Shown here: positions 7,985-17,556 of the stretch, in pieces
Layout of the letters: every line of letters begins with the position of its first letter
Position numbering within the stretch: position 1 is the stretch's first letter
Sequence record: SRR2962707_682
DNA length: 43,593 nucleotides
Direction: 5' to 3' (one strand)
Notes under the pieces: generated by a model
The model's input: the letters and a program-made list of their open reading frames with translations, nothing else
Databases searched by the model: none
Told to the model about the DNA's origin: nothing
Translations under genes and position numbers: made by a program

Positions 7985-10732
7985 TTACTGCAAAAGTGAA
8001 GCTCCAGAGTGAACCTCACCCAACGTCTTAAGCACCAGCGTGAAAGTTACGGCATCCGCTGGCTTTATATCCCGGTCTTCAAAGAATGAACGAGTATATC
8101 TTGAAGTGAATTTCACACATTCATCTTCATAGACGATACCAAGAGCCAAGGAACGTATGTCGGAAGCAGACAGGTCATGTCTTGCACTGAAATATGAAGA
8201 CCAGTTCTTGTTAATCTGAGACGATAGAGTCCCATTGATTTCCTCACGTCCTGCAAACTCGCTGCCCTGTTGGCTGTCGATGAAAATATAATCCATGTTC
8301 ATGTTTAATGCAGGTGAGCCGATGTTGGCAGTTAGTTCATTCCGCTGAGGAGATTGATTGTCCGGGCTGAATTGGGTCCTGTATATCAAATCCAAGTACT
8401 TCTGTGGGGATATCTGGACACGGCCTACAACGTCAGAGAAATTGTCTTCCAGACCTGACGATTGATTATAAGAACTATCCTTTCTAAGGCGATATGACTG
8501 TCCCAGGAATACAGAGGTGTAACCTCCTTTGTTACCGGTTAGCGCCCAGTTCAAACCGTAATTAACGCGGGTCCCGCCATCGACACGGTCAAAGCCGTCA
8601 TAACGGTTTTCCTGAAACAGGTTCGTTTCATCAAACTCTACTTCCTGGCTGTCTTCGTTGGGGGTCTTGTCGGAATTCCCACCGTTCGGTGAGACAACGA
8701 AAGATGCAAGGGGCTCAATCGTTTGGCTGAAATGTTCCCCCGGACGAATTAATGGGAGGCGCCAGGACAGAGCTGCACGCGGCATCAGGTGTCCGCTTGT
8801 CCCTGTATAAGTTGACCCGTTATCCAGCGTCACGTTCGTTGCATGATAAGCATCGGCTGCCAGTGATACTGAGGCGTTATAGACTTCACCAAAGGGGCCG
8901 TTAAACGGGCGGTCCCAACGGGGTCGAAAGGCAAGGCGTCTGGTATCGGTCCCGGAGGATCTTGCAAGGTTTAGCGCATTAAAATCGAATGAAGCATAGC
9001 CACCTAATCGATCACGTCTGCCATTGTAATTAAAATCATACATCGGCAGGACGATGGGAGACTCGTCCGTATCAGCGCGCAGGTCATTAAACCCGTAAGT
9101 ATTGAGAACTTGATAATTATTCCCTCGGAACCCCTCGAGATATCCTCTTGAAACCAAAACGGATTCCGTATCGATTCCATAGCGCCGGGTATATGTGTCG
9201 TCTGAGGCCGTTTCAACATCGATGCCTGCACGCCATGTCGGGTCGATATGATATTCAGATTCGATATCAATATATCCGCGGGTTCCTCTATCCGGATCAT
9301 CAACGACAAAACTGCCGTCGGCTTTGATCCGTCCCTTCTTGAAATTGCGCCGGAACTGGCCGTTTGCTCCCTGGCCTCCATCGGTCGTCACTCTCGGCGT
9401 GATCGTTGCATCCTGATATTCATCAATGGCCCAGAAATAAGGCGCTTGAATGATTACCCCCAGATCGGAAGAATTAGACAAACTTGGCGCTAAAAAACCG
9501 GAACGGCGTTTTACCGTTGGATCTGGATGGCTGAGATACGGTGTGTAGGCAACCGGGATGCCGTAAAGCTCCAACCAGGCATTTCGGTAGGAGACCCTTC
9601 TCTCTTCAGCATCATGAATTACACGAACTGCTTTTATTTGCCACAATGGCGGTGCAGTCGGATCATCCTTGCAGAGGTTACACGGTGAATACACAGCGTG
9701 ATCAACTTCGGTAATGATACCATTTGTGCGATGAGCACCGGCACCGGCGACGCGTGATTTATCTTCAAGCACAAGTCCGATGTTATGAATCACGCCATCT
9801 TTCAGGTCCCCCGTGATTTCAACTCTATCGCCGAAGATCACTTTGCCTGTCTCGTCCGTCATTGAGACATTTCCTTCAGCAAGGACAATGTCTGCTTTCT
9901 GATTATAGGTAACCTTGTCCGCAAGAAGAGAGCGGGGGCCGTATTCAATTTCGACATTCCCTGTCGCGGTAATAAGCCCAAGGTCCCGATCATAAGTCAT
10001 CGAGTCGGCATTGAGTTCCGCGCGGAGTGCATCCTGATTGCCGGGCTGAGTCGGTTGCGGCGCGGAGTTGGAGCGAACTGCCGGTGCGGGTTGTGCCGGA
10101 CGGGTTTCTTCGCTGGACGTGCCGATTGTCATGTCTTCAGGCTGTTTCCCGAATAGAGTGCCAAGTGGCTTCGCGTTGGTGGCATCGCTGGTTGGTTGTG
10201 CATATACGCGACGGGCAGGCCGGATTTCACGGGCTTGTAAACGTGAAGTCGCTTGTTGGTGCTTATTCGTGTTGGCAGGCTTCGCCTGTGGAAGATTGAT
10301 CAAGGTCCCTAAAGGCCTGTCCTCAGAGCTTGCTGCAGCACGGGGTGTCCCTTGTGATGTGGTGGGGCCGGCATTCTGCGGGGAAGTTGCCCAGTTCGGC
10401 GGAAGCAAAGAGCCTGTTTTCTGGGCGGGCTGAGCCGCAGAATTCAGCAAATTCCCAAGCGGGCGGCTATTGGCACTATTTGAGTCATTGGTGCGTGAGG
10501 TATCTCTTATCGCAGGGCTTGCCGACTTGCGCTGATATATTTCGGGAATAGGCGAGCCCACGCGTGGTGCGGGTTGTTGCACGCCAGGCAGCAGAATGCC
10601 CAATGGACGTTCCGCATCCTGTGCTTTTGGCATAGATGTCACGGTGAAGATGATGCAGACAGACGCCAAAGCCGGAACGACTGTCCGAGCATTGCGTGTC
10701 AGATATCTGCCAATACGATGCACTTTAACCAT
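7985..10732 (-). CDS. lptD: LPS-assembly outer-membrane protein LptD with a long N-terminal extension
   Basis: Likely start at 10732 overlapping the lptG stop; signal peptide; beta-jellyroll (ATGNVEI, YSPCNLC), PVAYTPYLSHPDP..RRSGFLAP, PNEDS, NRYDGFDRVDGG and YEDEC; sits in the lptF-lptG-lptD-surA operon. Confidence 0.93.
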   Translation of the reverse strand: MVKVHRIGRYLTRNARTVVPALASVCIIFTVTSMPKAQDAERPLGILLPGVQQPAPRVGSPIPEIYQRKSASPAIRDTSRTNDSNSANSRPLGNLLNSAAQPAQKTGSLLPPNWATSPQNAGPTTSQGTPRAAASSEDRPLGTLINLPQAKPANTNKHQQATSRLQAREIRPARRVYAQPTSDATNAKPLGTLFGKQPEDMTIGTSSEETRPAQPAPAVRSNSAPQPTQPGNQDALRAELNADSMTYDRDLGLITATGNVEIEYGPRSLLADKVTYNQKADIVLAEGNVSMTDETGKVIFGDRVEITGDLKDGVIHNIGLVLEDKSRVAGAGAHRTNGIITEVDHAVYSPCNLCKDDPTAPPLWQIKAVRVIHDAEERRVSYRNAWLELYGIPVAYTPYLSHPDPTVKRRSGFLAPSLSNSSDLGVIIQAPYFWAIDEYQDATITPRVTTDGGQGANGQFRRNFKKGRIKADGSFVVDDPDRGTRGYIDIESEYHIDPTWRAGIDVETASDDTYTRRYGIDTESVLVSRGYLEGFRGNNYQVLNTYGFNDLRADTDESPIVLPMYDFNYNGRRDRLGGYASFDFNALNLARSSGTDTRRLAFRPRWDRPFNGPFGEVYNASVSLAADAYHATNVTLDNGSTYTGTSGHLMPRAALSWRLPLIRPGEHFSQTIEPLASFVVSPNGGNSDKTPNEDSQEVEFDETNLFQENRYDGFDRVDGGTRVNYGLNWALTGNKGGYTSVFLGQSYRLRKDSSYNQSSGLEDNFSDVVGRVQISPQKYLDLIYRTQFSPDNQSPQRNELTANIGSPALNMNMDYIFIDSQQGSEFAGREEINGTLSSQINKNWSSYFSARHDLSASDIRSLALGIVYEDECVKFTSRYTRSFFEDRDIKPADAVTFTLVLKTLGEVHSGASLLQ
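10151..10609 (-). repeat. Four periodic protein-level motifs [RK]PLGxL[LIF] in the LptD N-terminal extension
   Basis: RPLGILL starts at 10609, RPLGNLL at 10465, RPLGTLI at 10318 and KPLGTLF at 10171; spacing is 48, 49 and 49 codons. Confidence 0.8.
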
Positions 10733-11828
10733 CCTCCAGATGCAACAGCATTCCCAAACCCAAAAGCGTAGCAACCCCGGAGGGAGCCCAGGCAGCAAGT
10801 GTAACTGGAATGCTGTCTGACAGGCCCAGAGCAAAAACGACGTCGGAAAAGAAATAAAGCAAGAAACCCGTCAGCACACCCATTGATATGATGAAAGTCG
10901 TACCGCCGCGCCGCGAGCTCTGGCGTAGCGTGAAAGTTGCAGCAATCAATACCATTGCGCACATGAGCAGGGGGGAGGCCAACAGGGCATTCAAATGCAA
11001 ACGATGGCGGATGGCTGAGAAGCCTGCGGTTTCCAATGTCTGTATAAAATCCGATAACGCCCAGAAAGACATGGTTTCAGGAGGGGCGAAGCTGTCCTGA
11101 ATCTTGGTAAGGGTCAAATCGGTTTCGAGCCAATATTCTTCGTAGGTCGAAGTACCCTCATCGGGTTTCTGAATATGAGCGTTTCTCATATACCAAAACC
11201 CGTCTTCGAGGCGGGCATAGTCCGCATCAATGCGCTCGAGAAACTTGTCTGTGCCTTCGTAAACGAACACAACAATATTATCGAGCTCCACATCCTGCCC
11301 CTGCTGGAGCACGGAATTGGAATGAATAACTGATTGTCCCTTTGAATTTGCCTGTCTCAGCCACAATCCTGATTTTGAAACGGCAAGAAAGTTTTCCTGT
11401 CCGCGGAACATCGTTGCCTCCATCCGCTCGTATCTTGTGAGCATGGTCGAGGCGAGGGGGTTGAATATGGTTATGTGGAAAACCCCAAGTGCAGCTGCGA
11501 GGAGCAGGACAGGCAGCAAGAATTGCCATGCTGATACACCAGCGGCACGAGTGATTACGAGTTCGTGGGTGCGAGCCAGCCGCCAGAAAGCCGACATACC
11601 CCCGAAAAGAACGGCAAACGGGAAAGTTTCCTGTCCTATATGTGGCAGCCTGAAAAATGCCATTTCGACAACATCTGTGAAGTCGATGTCTGGAATAGAC
11701 GATGAACGGCGAAGAAGTTCTATGCTGTCGAAAAGCAGAACAATCAGCAGAAAGATTGAGAAACAGGCGAGAAAACTCACCAGAAAATGTCTGCCGACGT
11801 ATATTGAGAGGGTGGTGGATACACGCAT
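10725..11828 (-). CDS. lptG: LPS export ABC transporter permease LptG
   Basis: HELVITRAAGVSAWQFLLP, GLWLRQ, 3+3 TM layout and LAAWAP...LLHLEDG C-terminus. Confidence 0.95.
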   Translation of the reverse strand: MRVSTTLSIYVGRHFLVSFLACFSIFLLIVLLFDSIELLRRSSSIPDIDFTDVVEMAFFRLPHIGQETFPFAVLFGGMSAFWRLARTHELVITRAAGVSAWQFLLPVLLLAAALGVFHITIFNPLASTMLTRYERMEATMFRGQENFLAVSKSGLWLRQANSKGQSVIHSNSVLQQGQDVELDNIVVFVYEGTDKFLERIDADYARLEDGFWYMRNAHIQKPDEGTSTYEEYWLETDLTLTKIQDSFAPPETMSFWALSDFIQTLETAGFSAIRHRLHLNALLASPLLMCAMVLIAATFTLRQSSRRGGTTFIISMGVLTGFLLYFFSDVVFALGLSDSIPVTLAAWAPSGVATLLGLGMLLHLEDG

Positions 11829-11835
11829 GTCCGCC

Positions 11836-12966
11836 TCAAGCCGTCTTGAGTTTCTGGCGCCGCCGACTCTTGGCGGGCTTGGGGCTTTTGGGATGACGCA
11901 TCAGTATGATGGTGCCGGCCAGTATGGGCACAAACACCAGCGCGTAAAATAGCGGCATCAGAACAAGTTTTTTGGCGATTATATTTTCAAGTCCCACAGC
12001 AAGACCTTGAAGAGCAATCATGATTGAAACTGCGGTTACGATCCTCATGGTCTGGCTGCGGCGAGTAATTGGGCCGTAAAGCAGGCAGGCCAGTCCAACC
12101 ATCGCATATCCGACACCCAGTAGTGGCGTCACAAAGCGTTTGTGCAGTTCAACCTTGTATTTTCCCCAATCGATTTGATTCACCCCTGTTGCACTTTCGA
12201 GGTTGAACAACTCACTCATGGAGCGCTCCCGTGGCTCCCTGAATCTGTCAGAAATGCTTTCTGTGCTGGTTGGCACTTCAAAGACATAACGATCAAAGTA
12301 CAGGATTGAAAGTTTGGCATTTGTACCGATCGTCTGACGATTTCCATTATACATAACGACACGAGGGCTTTTGCCCGTATCGACCAGAGCGCCGCGTTCC
12401 GCCATCAGTGTGACAGGTGCTGCAGGGTCGCGCTCGTCGTGAACCAAAATCCCCAGAAGCTGACCGTCAGCGGAGCGCTCACGAATATATACGGTCACCG
12501 TATCCGAAATCGGATTGAAGGCACCTTCCTTCAAAAGGACATGCGAGTAAGTATTCCGAATTTCCCACTGCAATAACCGAAAGGCCCGGTAGGATTCCGG
12601 CAGCAGGTATAGATTGAGGAAATACCCGAAGATCAGTGTCAAAAGTGTGATGATCAAAGCCGGCTTGGCCAGTCCGAATTGACTGACGCCTGCGGCGCGC
12701 ATGACCACGAGTTCCCGGTCGGTGATCATTTTCGAATAGGTGAAGACAATGATCGTAAATAGTGCGATTGGCAGAATGACTGTCAGGAAGTTCGGCAGCA
12801 GAAGCATTGTCATATAGACAAAAGTGCCGGCACTGACACCCCGATTGACGATCATTTCTACAAATCTGAGCGACTGTGAAAGCCAGATAATACACGTCAG
12901 TCCGGCGCTCACCAGAATCATTCCGGCGAAGAGCTGGCGCAGCACGTATCTTGTGTAGCTATTCAT
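11836..12966 (-). CDS. lptF: LPS export ABC transporter permease LptF
   Basis: IWLSQSLRFVE, DRELVVMRAAGVS, EGAFN and ELHKRF; lies upstream of lptG. Confidence 0.95.
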   Translation of the reverse strand: MNSYTRYVLRQLFAGMILVSAGLTCIIWLSQSLRFVEMIVNRGVSAGTFVYMTMLLLPNFLTVILPIALFTIIVFTYSKMITDRELVVMRAAGVSQFGLAKPALIITLLTLIFGYFLNLYLLPESYRAFRLLQWEIRNTYSHVLLKEGAFNPISDTVTVYIRERSADGQLLGILVHDERDPAAPVTLMAERGALVDTGKSPRVVMYNGNRQTIGTNAKLSILYFDRYVFEVPTSTESISDRFREPRERSMSELFNLESATGVNQIDWGKYKVELHKRFVTPLLGVGYAMVGLACLLYGPITRRSQTMRIVTAVSIMIALQGLAVGLENIIAKKLVLMPLFYALVFVPILAGTIILMRHPKSPKPAKSRRRQKLKTA

Positions 12967-13062
12967 GCGCTCGAACCTACCTCTGGAGACAGCCCAAATT
13001 GTGGTATCGGCGCTAAAAAATCAAGGAATCTCCGTAAATTAGCAGATACTATGGTTAATTTC

Positions 13063-14823
13063 TCATACCGCCTCCGGCGGTGTGTCGGCGCTCACCGAAC
13101 TTCCATCCAGAACGGCATCGGCAAGGCCTGGAACCTGGGTCAGAATATGCCGTGCATAAAAGCTGACGGATGCCTGCTTACGCCTGGCATAGAGTGGATT
13201 TGACTCCGCCAGATCCTTGGAAGCTTCGAACACGCGCACCATCAACCAGCCTCCGATTGTGATGCCTGCCAGACGAAGGTATGGCACAGCGCCCGCGAGG
13301 GCCGTTACCGGATGGTCAACATGGGTCTCCACGATCCAATCGGTGACACGTTCCAGTTCATCAATGGCTTTGGATAGCCGGGCATGCGGGTGTCCCATAT
13401 CATTAACGGACGCCCGCATCTCGGCGATCAGCATTTTCATGGTCTCACCGTTTTCTCGTGCCACTTTCCGCCCGGCAAGATCGATCGCCTGGATGCCGTT
13501 CGTCCCTTCATAAATTGGCGCGATACGAGCATCACGCAGATGCTGTGCAGCGCCCGTTTCTTCGATATAGCCCATCCCGCCATGGACCTGAACGCCGGTA
13601 TTCGCGACTTCGACGCCGATATCCGTGCTCCAGGCCTTGACGATGGGGGTCAGCAAATCGACGTAGGACTTTGCCTTTGTAGCTGTCGCGGCATCCTTGT
13701 GCTTCTTGGCGATATCGAGCCTGGACGCTACCCAATAGGCGAGCGTGCGTACGGCTTCTGTCTGGCAACGCATCGATAGAAGCATTCGCCTGACGTCCGG
13801 GTGATTGATGATGGCCACGGATTCCTTGGCACCGGTCTTGCCGTCTCGCCCCTGAATACGCTCTTCCGCAAAGGCACGGGCACGCTGATAGGCCCGCTCA
13901 GCAATAGCGACACCCTGAAGACCGACTGTTAGCCGCGCATTGTTCATCATTGTGAACATGTACTCGATGCCGCGGTTTTCCTCTCCTACTAGATATCCTG
14001 TTGCGCCTTCATTCTCTCCGAAAAGCATGACGGCGGTCGGGCTGGCATGGATGCCCAGCTTGTGTTCAAGCGATCCGCACCTGAGATCATTCCTTTCGCC
14101 GAGCGAGCCGTCTTGATTGATCAGGAATTTCGGAACGACAAACAGTGATATCCCCTTGATTCCCTCCGGAGCGTCCGGTGTCCGGGCCAGAACCAAGTGG
14201 ATGATGTTTTCGGTGAAATCATGCTCACCATAGGTGATATATATTTTCTGTCCGGATATCCGGTATGCATTCCCATCACGCTCGGCTTTTGTGCGGATTT
14301 GAGCAAGGTCTGAACCGGCCTGCGGTTCCGTCAGGTTCATGGTGCCAGTCCATTCGCCTGAAATCATTTTTTCCAGATAGATATCTTTGAGTTCCGAAGA
14401 CCCATGAATCGAGAGCAGTTCCGCTGCGCCCCCTGTCAACATCGGACAAAGGGCAAATGACATGTTGGCGCCATGCCAGATTTCAGAAACCCCAGTCGAA
14501 ACCAACCACGGTAATCCCTGACCACCATATTCGGGATCGAAGGGCATGGAATTCCAGCCGGCTTCAATAAATTGCGCATAGGCATTCCTGAAACCACTGG
14601 GTGTGCGAACAACCCCGTTTTCAAGCGTGCACCCCTCCTGATCGCCGATGATATTGATCGCATCCAGGACATCGGTGCCGAGTTTCCCGGCTTCTTCGAG
14701 GATCGCGGCGACAAGATCCGGTGAGGCGTCTTCATATCCCGGCAAACCGGCTATTTCGTTCAGATCGCCGATCTCGTTCATCACGAAAAGCATTTCTTCA
14801 ACAGGCGCGTGGTAAGTGGACAT
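13063..14823 (-). CDS. Acyl-CoA dehydrogenase (long, DmdC-like subfamily)
   Basis: GTMNLTEPQAGSDL, GQKIYIT, EHKLGIHASPT, QVHGGMGYIEETG and IYEGTNGIQA. Confidence 0.92.
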   Translation of the reverse strand: MSTYHAPVEEMLFVMNEIGDLNEIAGLPGYEDASPDLVAAILEEAGKLGTDVLDAINIIGDQEGCTLENGVVRTPSGFRNAYAQFIEAGWNSMPFDPEYGGQGLPWLVSTGVSEIWHGANMSFALCPMLTGGAAELLSIHGSSELKDIYLEKMISGEWTGTMNLTEPQAGSDLAQIRTKAERDGNAYRISGQKIYITYGEHDFTENIIHLVLARTPDAPEGIKGISLFVVPKFLINQDGSLGERNDLRCGSLEHKLGIHASPTAVMLFGENEGATGYLVGEENRGIEYMFTMMNNARLTVGLQGVAIAERAYQRARAFAEERIQGRDGKTGAKESVAIINHPDVRRMLLSMRCQTEAVRTLAYWVASRLDIAKKHKDAATATKAKSYVDLLTPIVKAWSTDIGVEVANTGVQVHGGMGYIEETGAAQHLRDARIAPIYEGTNGIQAIDLAGRKVARENGETMKMLIAEMRASVNDMGHPHARLSKAIDELERVTDWIVETHVDHPVTALAGAVPYLRLAGITIGGWLMVRVFEASKDLAESNPLYARRKQASVSFYARHILTQVPGLADAVLDGSSVSADTPPEAV

Positions 14824-14835
14824 GCCGGCCTCCTA

Positions 14836-15567
14836 TTACTCTTTAAGCAAAGTACTCAAATCAAGTTCAGGGACTGTCGCGCCTGTTTTTGCAGCTAAGG
14901 CTTCCAGATCAATCCGGCGCGAGGCCCGTTCCGATGCAACAATCACCAGATTAGTGATTTCAGCGACAACTTCGGCAGGCAGGGCGCCGTCAGCGTCATT
15001 GCCGATATCTCTGACCCTGCTATCAGGTAACGGGACCTCTGTTTCACCACCATCAAGGAAGTCGGCGCGAAAGATCATTGTGCCGTTCTGCAGAATCACT
15101 TCTTCGATCATCAGCCGCTGTCCTGTTGCTGCTTCTTCATCGTCGTTTTCAGAACGATTGAGCCAGGCTTTCGTGCTGTCACGAAGGCGAGTCAGATTGG
15201 CCCTGCCATCTTTTATTTCGAGGACAATCTTCGGCCGATCAATAACCACCTTTTGCAGGGTAATCGCTTTATCGGCAATGCGGTTGGTATCGGCTTTGAT
15301 TTCTATCAACGGAAAATGCATCGCATCAGGTGCTGTAAAACCGGGCGCGTTTTCAACACGTAGGCCAATAATCTGCCCATCACCAGATTTGAGAGAAATT
15401 GTCGCTTCAGCAACGCTGACTGGTACCTTGAAAGCTCTCGAAGCTGTGCTTTCTATGGTGTCCTTGATCAATGCATCAATATTGAACAAAACATATGTGA
15501 CGGACCCGATAACGAAAATAATCGTTGCAGTGAGTGCCAAGCCGCTGAATAAAAAAGCTTTTCTCAT
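14836..15567 (-). CDS. Short AsmA/DUF748-like membrane-anchored protein
   Basis: N-terminal TM helix, then beta-rich VSVAEATISL..G.IIGLRVENAPGF and I..PKIVLE...ANL segments typical of AsmA-like N-termini; start could be 15588. Confidence 0.65.
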   Translation of the reverse strand: MRKAFLFSGLALTATIIFVIGSVTYVLFNIDALIKDTIESTASRAFKVPVSVAEATISLKSGDGQIIGLRVENAPGFTAPDAMHFPLIEIKADTNRIADKAITLQKVVIDRPKIVLEIKDGRANLTRLRDSTKAWLNRSENDDEEAATGQRLMIEEVILQNGTMIFRADFLDGGETEVPLPDSRVRDIGNDADGALPAEVVAEITNLVIVASERASRRIDLEALAAKTGATVPELDLSTLLKE

Positions 15568-15733
15568 AAATTCGGAGTTCCGCCACAAGTTCGTTTTTCT
15601 TCATCGGACGATATCCGCCGCTCCTCATTGCCGCAAGGTATAGTGAACGGTTAGGCTTTTGGCGATTTGCCCGCTTGTTGCCCATGGCGGCAGATGCCGG
15701 TCAAAAGAACAGTCAGTATGATCGAGGAACGAC

Positions 15734-15928
15734 ATGGATCGTGATGATGCCGACGCGATATTCATTTCCTGTGGGGCAATTCGGTCAGTCGATATCATCG
15801 AAGCCCAGGAAGAGAAAACCGGAAAACCGGTGATCACGTCCAATCAGGCGCTGGCATGGGATGCGCTGCGTCTTTGTGGCATTGAAAACAGAATTAACGG
15901 TTTCGGCAGCTTATTGCGTGAAAACTGA
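15734..15928 (+). pseudogene. C-terminal fragment of an Asp/Glu racemase / maleate isomerase / arylmalonate decarboxylase family gene
   Basis: DADAIFISCG...EEKTGKPVITSNQALAWDALRLCG matches the family C-terminus; only 64 aa, with an in-frame TGA at 15719-15721 and no room upstream for the N-terminal part. Confidence 0.75.
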
Positions 15929-15996
15929 GCTTTTTCGCAGGGCTTCGATACTTCCCGGATCAGTTACTTAAATTAGACAAACAGTCGCTGAGGCCA

Positions 15997-16770
15997 TCAG
16001 GGCTGTGGCCGTACGAAAACCCAGGTGCTGTCATCGGATTGATCTGGCTGGAACGTATAACCGCCGTCGTTAAAAGTTTTCAGTTTCTTTTCCGTTTCGA
16101 CGCGTTTGGTGATCATAAAGCGTGCCATCATGCCACGTGCGCGCTTGGCAAACAGGCCCAGAACACGGGCCTTGCCGTCTTTGACTTCCTTGAAGACAGG
16201 CGTGACCATGCCGCCCTGAAGGCCTTTTGGCTGCACAACTTTGGCATATTCATTGGAAGCAAGATTGATAATACGGCGATCTTTGTGTGATTCGGTAGCT
16301 TTGTTAAGTTCGTCCGTGACACGGTGATCCCAGAAATCATAGAGATTTTCCTTACCCTTGATCGGGAATTTTGTCCCCATTTCAAGGCGGTAAGGCTGGA
16401 TAAGGTCAAGAGGCCTAAGCACCCCGTATAATCCGGACAATATGCGGAGATGATCCTGTGCATATTCGAGATCCTTTGTTTTCAGTGTCGGTGCATCAAG
16501 GCCGACATAGGTGTCGCCCGCAAAGCTGAGCGCTGCCTGTCGGGCATTCGCCAGATTGAATGGCGGCTTGAAATCCTGAAAACGCTGATAGTTCAGATCG
16601 GCCAGGTTGTCCGAGATGCTCATCATGGATTTAAGATCGGAACGCTTGAGCTTTTTCGCTTTGTTCGCGAGGATCTCAGCATCTTTCAGCAGTACAGGCT
16701 GCGTATGTGCATCTGTGATGGGATCGCTTTCGAAATCGAGCTTTTTCGCGGGCGAAATTATCGCAAGCAT
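15997..16770 (-). CDS. yaaA: Peroxide stress protein YaaA (DUF328)
   Basis: MLAIISPAKKLDF, ILSGLYGVLRPLDLIQPYRLEMG, INLASNEY and AKRARGMM. Confidence 0.95.
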   Translation of the reverse strand: MLAIISPAKKLDFESDPITDAHTQPVLLKDAEILANKAKKLKRSDLKSMMSISDNLADLNYQRFQDFKPPFNLANARQAALSFAGDTYVGLDAPTLKTKDLEYAQDHLRILSGLYGVLRPLDLIQPYRLEMGTKFPIKGKENLYDFWDHRVTDELNKATESHKDRRIINLASNEYAKVVQPKGLQGGMVTPVFKEVKDGKARVLGLFAKRARGMMARFMITKRVETEKKLKTFNDGGYTFQPDQSDDSTWVFVRPQP

Positions 16771-16855
16771 GAATGATTTTCCTATTTTGACCGTTTCTAA
16801 ACTACACCTTACATATAGGGCCTAGCCCCGAAGCTTCAAACAATATGAGAAATCA

Positions 16856-17200
16856 ATGATCAAGATGTATGGCCTGAAAAACTGTGATACCTGCCGGAAA
16901 GCCATGAAATGGCTGGATGGGGAGGGTATCGCCTATGATTTCGTCGATGTGCGCAAAGACGGTATCACAGAGAAAGATATCAAAGGCTGGGCTGCATCTG
17001 TCGGTGTCGAGTCGCTGTTGAACCGGCGCGGGACCACCTGGCGCGGTCTGTCCGACACGGATAAGGGAAAGGGCGAAGGGGATGAGGCCATAGGTCTGAT
17101 GGCTGCTCATCCCGCATTGATCAAACGGCCTGTCTTCGTCAAGAACACCGAGGTTCGGGTCGGGTTCAAAAATGATGAACAGGCCTGGTTAAAGTCCTAG
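16856..17200 (+). CDS. ArsC/Spx/MgsR (YffB-like) family protein
   Basis: YGLKNCDTCRKA CxxC motif, LLNRRGTTWR and LIKRPV. Confidence 0.9.
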   Translation: MIKMYGLKNCDTCRKAMKWLDGEGIAYDFVDVRKDGITEKDIKGWAASVGVESLLNRRGTTWRGLSDTDKGKGEGDEAIGLMAAHPALIKRPVFVKNTEVRVGFKNDEQAWLKS

Positions 17201-17514
17201 AGGCTGAGCGGTCCGCTTCGTTCCTGCCATGCTTCGAAGCCACCCTGTAAATAATATGCATTCATGTTTTTGGCACAGAGCTGCGCTGTTGCACTCTGGC
17301 TGACTTCATGGCCGTGTACGCAATAGCAGATAATTGTGCGGCCATCGCTGACGCTATCAGCCCAGGTTGCGACGTCCTGAAAATCCCGCCAAACGGCGCC
17401 CTCGATTTTTGCAGGATTTTTCTCGACCGCAGGTTTCTTTCTGACGTCGATAATATGTAGTGGGGCGTTGAACCTGATGAGGGTTTCGAGTTCGTTCTGA
17501 GTAATCATGCGCAT
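17197..17514 (-). CDS. Single-domain rhodanese (type associated with chromate resistance)
   Basis: IIDVRK, active-site loop YCVHGHEVSQ and YLQGGFEAW; AAGGAG RBS; lies directly downstream of chrA. Confidence 0.85.
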   Translation of the reverse strand: MRMITQNELETLIRFNAPLHIIDVRKKPAVEKNPAKIEGAVWRDFQDVATWADSVSDGRTIICYCVHGHEVSQSATAQLCAKNMNAYYLQGGFEAWQERSGPLSL

Positions 17515-17556
17515 GGTGAGACTCCTTGCGTCTGTAGGGTTAGAGGCAAAGTCGTG

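Noticed and set aside
10733-10834. Extra 34 N-terminal codons of the 949-aa LptD ORF
   Set aside because: They overlap the lptG coding region; the ATG at 10732 gives a plausible signal peptide and translational coupling.
14816-15643. 275-aa plus-strand ORF
   Set aside because: It is an antisense shadow of the AsmA-like gene, Ser/Arg-rich with no recognisable motifs.
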